A DNA stretch of 64,000 nt, from positions 62,001 through 126,000 of the forward strand of contig NW_019029003.1 in the NCBI RefSeq assembly GCF_002105155.1. Reading direction: 5' to 3'. Position numbers and translations under genes: made by a program. Source of the stretch: Lobosporangium transversale. Taxonomy: Eukaryota. The notes beneath the pieces were generated by a model. The model ran no database searches. It saw only the letters and a list, made by a program, of their open reading frames with translations, and had not been told where the DNA came from. Positions within the stretch are counted from its first letter, which is position 1. Each line of letters begins with the position of its first letter. Shown here one piece after another: positions 11,856 to 22,208 of the stretch.

Positions 11856-13458
11856 TGGTGCGTGCCAAAACTGATGCAATAATTTGCATTTTTTAACATT
11901 CATTCCTCATTCTCCTTTTCCTTTCTAATGATCTTCCCTACCATCACCGCTTCTCATCCTCATTTGTCTCACCTTCGTGGATTGTCATCGCTGTTCTCAT
12001 CAATGACGCAATTAGCGAATAATCGCCATTTGTATAGTCATGTCTCATTGCATCAGTTTTGGTAAAAAGTACATGTCAGGTTTGTCCATCCCTTACTTCT
12101 TTCTTATTCTTTATTCTTTCTTTATAGCACCATCACCACTGATACACCAAGCGACACTCTACATATCTGCCATATCTTTATCATAACATGAAATCATTAT
12201 CCAAATCAACTATCCAAAATGTAACTGCTCTACTTCATCAGGGAAAGTCTTCCAGAGAAGTGTCAAAGAGTTTAGGGATATCTGTTACCTCAGCTCAAAG
12301 GATTAGGAAAAGAGGCAAAGAAAGTATTCCAGTGCTGAGAGGGGGCCGACCCTGCAAAGTTACTAAGAAAACGAAACAGCTTTTATCAAGATTTTTTGAC
12401 ATGGGTGTATTGGAGACCCTAAAAGATGGCCAACAACTTGTTCAATTGAGGGAAGGAGTGCAGGTTAGTAAATCGAGCATCAGGAGGTTCCTTATGCAGG
12501 ATGATATGGGGGCATATGTAAAACAGAAGCAGCCTGATCTGACGAAGAAGCAAATCTATGCTCGATATAATTTTGCAAAGGATCAATTGGACTGGACTCT
12601 AGAAGACTGGAAGAACGTCATGTTCTCAGATGAGACCATCTTTAGCAGAGTTGGGTCCTGCGGAAGAAAGTACTACTACAAGCATCGATGGGATAAAACT
12701 CTACGAGCACATCATATCAAAAAGACAAGGCAAGGCGGTGGAGGCAAAATGATGTTCTGGGGTTGTATAACTTACTACGGACCAGGCGATGGCTGCTGGC
12801 TCCAAGAGAAGGTGGATTCGGTAACATACGTCGACGTTCTCAAGGATTATATCTTTAAGTCCAGGGATTACTACTTGATGGATAAGGACAAATTTATATT
12901 TCAGCAGGACAATGCTAGGATTCATACCGGAAGAATAGCAATGACCTATATCCAAAAGTCTAAGATACCTCTCATGGAATGGCCAGCAAACTCTCCTGAC
13001 ATCAACCCAATAGAAAACATATGGGCATACATGAAGGTGCAGTTGGATCATTATCCAGACAAGGCAAAGAATATGGAGGATCTCTGGGAGAGAGTCCAAG
13101 ACGTATGGACACATATCCCTCCTGAATTCTTACACAAACTATACTGCGGTATGCCGAAGAGGATGAGGGAGTTATATAAGGCTAAAGGAGGGAACATCGT
13201 TAGGGGAAAGGAGAAGTAACAGGAATAAATAAAAACAAGAAGTTGTTAATTGCCATAATAGATGCAATGAGATGCTGAAAGCAAATTGCAATTAAATGCT
13301 AATTAGGCCACTGATGGCGATGACGATGAGACTCCATGGAGGTGAGACAAATGAGAATGAGAAACGGTGGTGGCAGGGAAGATCATAAAGAGGAAGAAGG
13401 AGAATGAGGAATGAATGTTGAAAAATGCAATTTATTGCATCAGTTTTGGCACGCACTA
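11856..13458 (+). mobile_element. Tc1-family transposon with TA TSD and ~207-bp imperfect TIRs (11856-12062 / 13253-13458), nested in the AcademH helicase gene
   Basis: TA|TGGTGCGTGCCAAAACTGATGCAAT ... ATTGCATCAGTTTTGGCACGCACTA|TA. Confidence 0.92.
12188..13219 (+). CDS. Tc1 DD34E transposase, 343 aa, open
   Basis: N-terminal HTH, GRP, WKNVMFSDET, FQQDNARIH, WPANSPDINPIEN; 34 residues between the second D and E. Confidence 0.93.
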   Translation: MKSLSKSTIQNVTALLHQGKSSREVSKSLGISVTSAQRIRKRGKESIPVLRGGRPCKVTKKTKQLLSRFFDMGVLETLKDGQQLVQLREGVQVSKSSIRRFLMQDDMGAYVKQKQPDLTKKQIYARYNFAKDQLDWTLEDWKNVMFSDETIFSRVGSCGRKYYYKHRWDKTLRAHHIKKTRQGGGGKMMFWGCITYYGPGDGCWLQEKVDSVTYVDVLKDYIFKSRDYYLMDKDKFIFQQDNARIHTGRIAMTYIQKSKIPLMEWPANSPDINPIENIWAYMKVQLDHYPDKAKNMEDLWERVQDVWTHIPPEFLHKLYCGMPKRMRELYKAKGGNIVRGKEK

Positions 13459-15272
13459 TAGCTTGCAACAATGGCATTCTTGGTGCTGTAGAGGCCCTAA
13501 TGCATCCCATGGTATTAACTGCTTCAGCGGTGGTTGTCGTATTAGATGATGGACTTTTTGCGACTTGAGTAGCGCCTCCAGTCCTTGAATTGTGCTAAAT
13601 TGCCCATATTGTCTTTCCTGCTGATGCTCAAGCAAATGATGCACTTGCTGTATTGGCTTTGCCTCCGCATCTTGTACTGATGGACGACTCGCTGCTCTTG
13701 ATTGTGTTCTCCTTGCCATGATGTCCGTCTTCAGATCAACAATCATGTCATCCAGAGTTTTTATATGATCCTGCTTAATGGAGTGCCATGGAATGACAGA
13801 TTGAACTGACTCAGACGGTTTTATCCTCGCGACTTTTCCAGCAAGTGTTTTGATCATTTTGTTTGACATGATACATTCGAGGCTTACAAAGAGAGAACGA
13901 CCTTCGTATTGCTCCTTGAAAATGTTATACCGCCATGTTTCAATTGCCTTTACTATCACCTTCCGCTCCGCTTCAGTGAATGATACTTTCGGAAGTATAC
14001 TACCAGAGTCGCTTGTATCTGCCGCAACTAATCCATGTAAAGATTCCTCTGTTGATGGAAGAGAAGGATTACAGATGTCACAACACCTTGAAATAACTTT
14101 ATGTTGGTTCCCGAAAAAGTTATTAAGGAGCTCGCGGCGACAACCTGTAGTTTTGACATATTCAACAATATCTTTATCCACATTACCTATAGATTTACTA
14201 TTGGATGCCGGGACAAGAAGGATGCCATCCCCTTCTAGATCAGGGTTGCGTGCTGCACGACCAAGTCTCTGAATCAGGGTTGACAGATTTTTAGGATATC
14301 CGTACTGAATGACTCTGATAACATCATTCACGTCGCAACCCATGCCAGCGGCCTCTGTGGACATGAGGACTTGTATTTCGTTGTTTTAAAATCAGACATT
14401 CTTATCTTCTTTAGGGGATCTGACTTCATCGAGTGATATACTGCGACTTGACGACAGCCTATGAGCTCACCAACGTGTCGAGCTGCTGCTTCCGCCTGTC
14501 GAATTTCATCAAAATAGACAATTGTCTTGATGCCATCTTTCAGAAATTCGAGATCTTGGTAGGAGGACGCTTTGTATCGTAGTTGCTTTACATGAAGCTG
14601 GATATTAGTCCGATCGTTACCATAGTTAAATATAACAGGATTACTAAAATGAAGCGTCTTCAAAACTTCAGAGAGAAGCACTGGGGGCAATGTGGCGGAG
14701 ACGGCCACAAAGCAGGTTGAAGGAGACACTTTTGCGCGTAAGTGCCCGAGCTTCGCATAGTCAGTTCTAAATTGTCCTCCCCAAGTCCCAATACAATGGG
14801 CCTCATCCACCACCACCGCTCTTAATCGGTTCTTCCATTCAGGGATGCTCCAAAGTGAGCTCACACGAGGGTTCTGAAAAATTATCTCAGGCGACATAAA
14901 CACAGCGCGGTACTTTCCCTTAACCAGATCACTGACTGAAAACTCTGTTCCTTTCTTCAGATGGATGTTTGGGATACCAGATAAGTCGAGTTTTTCCGAC
15001 TGTTCATCTCCTAGCGCTCTCAGCGGCGTGATAATGACTATAATTTCTTTCGGCCACAGAACTAGTGGAAGAAAATACACCAACGTCTTGCCCCACCTTG
15101 TACCAGCAATCAAAATACAATCTTGATGGCGTCCAATTGTCTCCTCAACTTCAAGTTGCTCCTTTCTTGGGTAAAACTTGAAGGTATCATAGCATCACTG
15201 ACCAACATCATCAGGAAGGATGGAATATTCGCTTGCTGGGTTTGCTGGAGTACCAGTAGCTGACATTTGTTA

Positions 15273-15778
15273 ATGTTGCAAAATATTTTATTAATTTTTT
15301 TTTGCAAATGTTAGAGAAAACTACAGGTCGGTAATGAGTGTGTAGCAGGTGTGTAATGAGATTGCAATGGGAGCGCAATGAGAGTGAGAGAAGGGGTGAA
15401 GGCGAGGGGAAGAGTGAGGTGGTGAGGGAGAGAGAGAGGAAGAGGGAGAGGGAGAGGGAGAAGAAAGGTAAGAGAGAGAAAGAAAGATAAAAGTTAATGT
15501 TGAAAAGTATATGTGTATCCGATCTATATATGCCAGATTGACTCCATATAAGCATGAATGTGAGTTGCATGTGTTTTGTACGCTCTTCCATATGATTTTT
15601 GACTTTGAAAAAAAAAAAATTCAAAAAATTTAAGTCGCCAGCTAATAGTCGACTTTTGATTCCAGCCTGAGAGAGAAGCATCTGCAAGAGCAAGCCACCA
15701 GTTGCCTTTTTAGGCACGCTTGCCTTGCAGCACGTGTAAACACACATGCGCTTCGTCCTCAGGCTGGTGACGAGCCTA
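15273..15778 (-). repeat. Right TIR of AcademH (506 bp)
   Basis: Reverse complement of 8634-9139. Confidence 0.95.
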
Positions 15779-16215
15779 GCCTAGGGGCTGGGAAAAAATC
15801 TTCGCTTATTAGCTGGTAGCTCAAAAAGGAAATAAATAATGCACTTGAGGGAATGTTCTTCCGTATATGCAAGGGACAGAGCTAGTGACTGTATTTTTTA
15901 TATGTTTTTATACATAGTTAGGGTCTGCATAGTGGCAAATGCCGTATTTCCTTACTGTATTGGAAATAAAGAATGACGTTTATGATGACGTATCTTTCTG
16001 TGTCTTCTGAACAAAGCGCGTGTCTTTGCACTAGCGCTCGTTTTATTATTTTTCTGTCTCTCATCCGCTCCACATTATTCGCAAATACTCCCTCCCTCGA
16101 TCATTGTCGTTCCCGCATGCGATCTTCCACTGCTAAGGTGACGTACGATTCATACATATCCCGAAAAATTGCATTAAGGTGGCAGATGAATCTCGAGCAA
16201 TCACATCAAGACTGA

Positions 16216-16348
16216 CTTTAGCGGGTCCTATGTCAGCACGCGGTAGGATGGTCGGGTCGTCAGAGTGTGATTGTGTGTACTTGGTGATTCTCTGTTTCTG
16301 GTCGCTCCTTTAGCGGGTCCTATGTCAGCACGCGGTAGGATGGTCGGG
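16216..16348 (+). repeat. Perfect 41-bp direct repeat (16216-16256 and 16308-16348)
   Basis: CTTTAGCGGGTCCTATGTCAGCACGCGGTAGGATGGTCGGG occurs twice with a 51-bp spacer. Confidence 0.95.
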
Positions 16349-16470
16349 GAGTCCAATGCAATTTAATTCATTCCTTTCGTTTCTTATTTTAATTCAATTG
16401 AGTCAGCTTCGGATGCAAGTTTCTTACATGTATTGTTACAATCTGTCTGATTATCTAGGATACTTGCGCC

Positions 16471-17598
16471 ATGGACAATGTCCAAGCATCGATGGAAATG
16501 TCATATTGGCTGCGGAAGAGAATTGATCAATATGGAAGCGCGACAATGCCTCAGTTCGCCGAAAAGTTCAAACTATCCAACAGACAGGATGCAGACCTGC
16601 TCTTTTCACATCTCATTTCAAAGAGCTCTCTCCGCAAAACAACAAGGCACACCTTGCGGAGCGACTATGATATATGGAAACGGAACGAGGGCGATCAGTT
16701 CTGGGCAGCATTGGAAGCCACCACACAGATTGCTTCAGATATAGTTGTAGGAAGTGTCCCAAAGGCAAGAAAGCTCGTACTCGGGGACAACCACCCATCT
16801 CTTTCCAAACCGAGCACACTGGCAAACGAATGCTCACCAACAACTAGCCGAAAACGAGATCGAGAGTCGTTCGAAGGCTCACCACCTGCAAGCATACGTA
16901 TGTTTATTTCATTGATACCAGAGCATACTTTGTCCGCAATGACGTGTGTTTGCTCAAATGACCACAGTGGTTAACTACGAGTATCTATTCCAGTCTTCTG
17001 ATTCAGTACACAGAGATGACAGTCTTGATTTGGGTGAGACCGATGCGTTGGTAGCGATGATTAATTCTGTCAAGCACAGAGATTGCAGTCTTGTAAGCAG
17101 CCTTTGATATTTCGAATGCATCGCCCAATTTAGCTGGCTGAGTCTCATTCTTTTATCTTCTGCATATATCTATCCTATCGATTAGTGGGTCCTTGATGGA
17201 TGCTGTGTGGCCTGCATGACCGACAAATATAAGGAGCTGTCCATCCAAGCGTTACGAGCGAAAGAGCTTAAAAAGTCCGAGCCAGCAGATGTCATGTAAG
17301 GATACCAATATAATAATCTAGAAAATTAATGTGGCCAGCGATTTGATTCTGTTCACAATAGTAGCTGCTCTTTTGCTATCAATTAGGATCCTGGCAGGCA
17401 CGTTCGCTCCTTGGCACCCCACCACCATGATGGGAAAGATCTTCAGCAAGAAGTGCCTGCAGAAGATACGAGACTCTCTATCGACGAATATGGAGCCGAT
17501 CGAAAACCTGGACGCCGACATTTCGATTCTCCATTCTATTCGTGTAAGTTGTCATGGAGCTGTGGCGTTCATTCAAGATTCGTTTTAAATCTAACGCT

Positions 17599-17629
<31 letters not shown>

Positions 17630-18387
17630 GCATCGAGCCGACAATGACATCGAAAAGGCTGTTGTGGCCCTCAACGGAGTAACAGACATGAAACTACGTC
17701 GGCTATTTCAACAAATGTACGTGGATGGAAAGCGATCAGTACCTCTCGCAAATGAATGTAGCGCTTGTTATATAAAATTAAAATCTTTTATTGCTGCATT
17801 TAGGAAAGAGGAGCTACCAGCAAGAGAACAAAGAGAGCTCTCGGAGGAGACCCTTGTCGCAAATCATGTGTCCCCTATCCTCAGGGCGTTCACCCATGAC
17901 CCAGTTCTTGAGATCTTTTCCCATTTGTAAGCATCAGAGATATTACAATGGAAATAGATTTAGTTGAAATGGATGGATGGATACTAACCTTTTTTTAAAT
18001 AACTTCACTTCACTCAGTCCTAATACGAATTCACAAAGTCAAACCCGACAAGGAGTGAAACCAGATCGCCCGGACTTCAAGGTTGTGATTGGGAAGAAAG
18101 AGGTGGCCTTTGGCGAAGTCACTGGCCCAAGCCAAAAGAACGATCAGAAGAAGAATGGCTGGGACCTGTACAGACTCTCAAGATTTGGGACAGCTGTTCT
18201 GAACCAGGGAGGCGAGGTCGTACCATTGGTGCAGGTCATCGCTGACTCTGGTACCATCTACCGTCACATTGTCAAGGTTCGAGGAGTCATGGTACTAGCA
18301 GAGGTTGGTGCGTTCTCGGTCCCCATGACCACCGTCCAAGTAGGGGGACTGCTGGCATCTGAGCCTGTTGCAATCGAGAGAGAGTAG
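16471..18387 (+). CDS. Multi-exon (~7) hypothetical protein with a C-terminal PD-(D/E)XK restriction-endonuclease-like domain; 3' end possibly truncated
   Basis: GT-AG introns link ORFs 16471, 17331, 17664 and 17977; motifs ELSEETLVANHVSPILRAF and PDRPDFKV...AFGEVTG...WDLYRLSRFG. Confidence 0.6.
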
Positions 18388-18437
18388 TTGCCACTTTATC
18401 CATGCCTCACAACACACTAAGCCATTTCAACAACATA

Positions 18438-20579
18438 CAGTTTTCCCTCACTAACCCGTTGATTTTCGACGGGTTAGTGAGGGAAGGCCTCTATTCATTT
18501 TAATTCAATAAATATATTTAAACTTTATTTGACGAAATTTTTTGTGTAAGAGTGCAGTCATTCTTTCTCTCTTTCTTCACCACTTTTTATCCACTATTCA
18601 TCAACATACTTGAGTAAATAACAAGACAATGTCTAAAAAGCAATCTTCACAATCGAAGCTTAACGATTTAGTCAGAAAGCAAACTGCTGTTGACAAGTGC
18701 TTGCCTCTGTTGAAGCGAAAATCCTTAAGGAAACCATCTCTCAAGCATAACGGGTTACAAAAATCATTTTCCTTAGTCGATAAAGCGGATTTCATTGCGA
18801 CTGTTGATGGATTACGAGCAAAAGGGTTTAAAGCCTCCATTGCCGCTATTGGAGCAGGTTTTGGCATGAGTCCCAGCACGGCACGAGAGATATATCGTCG
18901 AAGGGAAGAGTATGTTCAAGATGTGAATTCCCTCCCCCTCCTGGCTAGTCAAGCAGTGAAGCGCAAAACTAATCGAAACATGGAGCCTATAGAGGATGCT
19001 CTGCTGGAATGGTATGCTGCGGAGAGGGAGCTCGATCTCAATGTCACTGATAACCGTCTACGAGGGACAGCAGTGGCAATTTGGACTGAGATGAAGCCCT
19101 TTTTTCTTCCAGGTCAAGCACCCAAACAGTGCTATTTTTCGAAAGGATGGCTTCACCGCTTTAAAAATAGGAATGGCCTTAAATCTTTTATTGGGCATGG
19201 CGAAAGTGGATCAGTGGACCTGGAGGTTGTGAAGGATCGCATCGAGGCTATAAAAGCCAAACTTACCGATTTCAAGCTTGATGATATCTATAATTGTGAT
19301 GAGACAGGTCTCTTCCTCACAGCTATGTCCAAAAGAACGCATGAGACCGGGCCTATTCGTGGAAAGAAGATCGTTCGGTCAGCTAGAGTCTCAATTCTAT
19401 TCTGCAGTAATTCGACGGGGTCTGACAAGCGCAAGCCTTTGGTGCTTGCCATGCACCGTCCAGTGGGTCTAGGCAAGGCCATCTTCAAGACGATTGACGC
19501 AGACTTTTCAGGTAAAGGTTACATGCGACAACCAATGTTCATTAAGTGGTTGAGGCAACTGGATGATGACATGCAGGAACAGGGCCGCCGCATTGCTCTC
19601 TTAATTGATAGCGCACCAGCACACAAGGACTGTGAGGCAATTGAGCTCAAGAGCATCACGGTCATTCGGCTTCCTCCGAACACGACGGCAATGACACAGC
19701 CTCTAGATGCAGGCGTTATAAGATCGTTCAAAGCCCTTTATAGTAGTAGTATGCTTGAGGCCGTGGCGCGTGTAAGGGCAAAGAAAAAATCAGCTATTGC
19801 TTTGCCATCCAACGCGATATTTTGGTCATGTATCGCTAGAGCTTGGGAATCAGTGACTCCAGGCTGCATCCGCAACTGCTTTGCTGAGGTTCCCATCTTG
19901 ACCTTCGAACAAAGGAGTCATTTGCATTGACTTGGAATTGAGTCAAAAGCAGATCATATCTTCAAACTTCAAGACAAGCTTGTTAATCAATATGGTGGAG
20001 ACAAAGAGGAGGTCACCAAACAAAAGGACATTAATGTGCTTAACTATCTTATCATGAACTATTGTGAAGGACCTTCTGAGCTAAATAGTGATGTTGTCCA
20101 CAAGATAATGGCTCTCGAAAAGTACAGACACCGCTTCATTCCCCACGTGGAAGATGATATCATTTACGAAGGCGATGAGGTAGAGAAAGACGATGAGGAT
20201 GATGTCGACTATAATCTCAGTCTTTCTGACTCGAGTTCCCAAGACTCCGCGCACTCTGAAAAATGTATCGAGGATGTGCTTGAATCCCCTCCTTCAAGTC
20301 CAACCATACATGATTATCAAGAGATAAATGAAGAGGAATCGATGGAAAACTATTTAGAGTTTATGAATGCTCGACATGAAATCGATAACCCTCATCTGAT
20401 GGAGCGCTGGGTCGCTGTGCAAAGGCAGTTGGAGCTATTTAATGAATATCGTCATTTATTGAGAGAGAATCAGCAGATGAATGAAGGAATGAAGGAATTG
20501 AATCAGAATAATGAATGTAAGCAAAATAAAGTTTAAATATATTTATTGAATTAAAATGAATAGAGGCCTTCCCTCACTA
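18438..20579 (+). mobile_element. pogo/Tigger-like transposon; left TIR 93 bp (18438-18530) follows a TA; right TIR reduced to its inner 56 bp (20524-20579)
   Basis: TA|CAGTTTTCCCTCACTAACCCG...; 18475-18530 is the exact reverse complement of 20524-20579. Confidence 0.88.
18629..20536 (+). pseudogene. pogo/Tigger (CENP-B HTH + DDE_1, DD32D) transposase with an in-frame TGA at 19928-19930
   Basis: FSKGWLHRFKNR, HGESGS, IYNCDETGL, LLIDSAPAH, LPPNTTAMTQPLDAGVI; frame stays open after the TGA into ORF 20036-20536. Confidence 0.85.
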
Positions 20580-22208
20580 TCATGCAAAACTGATTCAATA
20601 ATTCATTCCCATGTGCATTTCTTTTTTTTCATTCCTAGAAACCGTATATGCATACACCACTCATACTTTGGTTTAATAAAGCTCCCGTCTTCTTCTACGT
20701 CATAGTGATGCGTTGTGACATTAGCTTGTCTCATTTGAATAGCTAAGGACTTTTTTGTTCATGCAGGTCATTGAATCAGTTTCACATGTGGTCTAATATG
20801 TTGCCCATGACAACTTTTGGACGTCATTTAATGCCAGTAAAAAAAGGACTTTTCTCTCTTTCCTTTATGAACACTTGCTTCAGTCTCTCTTAACTATACC
20901 TTCACAGAATATGAGACCCACTCCACAAAGGAAAGTCAACGAAGCCAGGAGGTTAATGATGGGAGGCATGTCTACTAGAGAAACTGCTGCTAGTGTTGGT
21001 ATATCAATAGCGACGGCCACCAGGATCTATGCACATAATAAGGAGTACATGCCAGTCAATAAAGGCGGTCGACCAAGGAAAGTACCTAGAGGTATCATGC
21101 AGTATCTTAAGGTGAACATGAAACGAGGTACACTCAAGTCTGCAGTTGAGGCCACCGTCAGAGCCAACCAGCTCATACCAGCGGCTGTTTCTGAGACCAC
21201 CGTTAGACGACGGCTCAAGGAGTTAGGATTGACAGCAAAGAGGCGTGTACATAAGCCAGCTTTACGTCGACGGCATATTAAAGCCCGTTTGCATTTTCTC
21301 AACAAGTATAAGGAATGGACTCTGGAAGATTGGAAAAAGGTTATTTGGTCAGATGAATCGTAAATAAACCGAATCTGCTCTGATGGCGTGCAGTGGATCT
21401 GGGACGACAATCCGGGGCGCCTCACTCGCAGGTCGGTGCAAGGCACTGTCAAGTTTGGGGGTGGTAACGTTAAAGTGTGGTCATGCTTCTCATGGTACGG
21501 ACCTGGATACATTGCAAAGATTGACAATAATATGGACGCACAACTTTACATCAAACTACTCCAGGAGAATCTACAGATGTCGCTTGATGACTGGGGCCTA
21601 ACTAAAAGCGATATCGTCTTTCAGCACGACAATGACTCGAAGCACACGGCGAAGATTGTTACGAAGTATTTGGAGTCAGTACATCTGACAGAAGAGGAAG
21701 GTACACTTCTAGAGTGGCCAGCACAATCCCCTGACCTCAACCCTATTGAACACATGTGGGCAGAATTGGATAGGCGGCTCTCTAGGTATCCGGAGCGAGC
21801 TAAGAGCTGTGATGAACTATGGGAGCGAATATCGGTTGAATGGTACAGGATCCCAGTGGACTTCTGCCGCAAACTCATCATAGGTATCCATAAGAGACTC
21901 CAAGCTGTCAGTGATGCCCATGGTTGGAATACTACTTATTGATGTAAGGTTATGGCTCACAAAAGAATAAAGATCTTTGGCCACCGAATGGGCACATGTG
22001 AAACTGATTCAATGACCTGCATGAACAAAAAAGCCCTTAGCTATTCAAATGAGACAAGCTAATGTCACAACGCATCACTATGACGTAGAAGAAGACGGGA
22101 GCTTTATTAAACCAAAGTATGAGTGGTGTATGCATATACGGTTTCTAGGAATGAAAAAAAAGAAATGCACATGGGAATGAATTATTGAATCAGTTTTGCA
22201 TGATAGTG
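20575..22208 (+). mobile_element. Tc1-like transposon with 216-bp near-perfect TIRs (20575-20790 / 21993-22208); TA flank on the right side only
   Basis: CACTATCATGCAAAACTGATTCAAT... / ...ATTGAATCAGTTTTGCATGATAGTG|TA; one mismatch seen between the TIRs. Confidence 0.93.
20911..21942 (+). pseudogene. Tc1-like transposase (DD39E) with an in-frame TAA at 21361-21363
   Basis: GGRP, WKKVIWSDES*INR, KFGGGNVKVWSCF, FQHDNDSKH, WPAQSPDLNPIEH; ORFs 20875 and 21388 share a frame. Confidence 0.9.

Larger units (their letters stand above)
11545..15266 (-). pseudogene. RecQ-like SF2 helicase of AcademH, disrupted by a nonsense codon (15195-15197), a frameshift (~14384-14387) and a Tc1 insertion (11856-13458)
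   Basis: Walker A AGTRWGKT, DEAH, SAT, STEAAGMGCD, QRLGRAAR, Zn-binding CRR...CCDIC; ATG 15266 is in frame with ORF 14328-15113 through one TGA; Q-rich tail resumes in frame beyond the Tc1. Confidence 0.88.
8634..15778 (+). mobile_element. AcademH-type DNA transposon, 7145 bp: convergent transposase and RecQ-like helicase genes, 506-bp TIRs, 9-bp TSD GCCTAGGGG
   Basis: Termini TAGGCTCGTCACC...GGTGACGAGCCTA; GCCTAGGGG at 8625-8633 and 15779-15787; transposase + SF2 helicase + 9-bp TSD fits the described AcademH lineage. Confidence 0.9.

Noticed and set aside
14380..14395. Programmed -1 frameshift in the helicase
   Set aside because: GAT TTT AAA AC is not an in-phase X XXY YYZ slippery site; a single-A loss (mutation or homopolymer error) is simpler, and the gene has other lesions
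13456..15113. Host SGS1/RecQ gene
   Set aside because: Intronless, inside TIRs, paired with a transposase and disrupted
16216..16348. CRISPR-like repeat-spacer unit
   Set aside because: Only two repeats, eukaryotic context, no cas genes
20575..20579. CACTA (EnSpm) superfamily element
   Set aside because: The terminus reads CACTA, but the enclosed transposase is clearly Tc1-type and the right flank is TA
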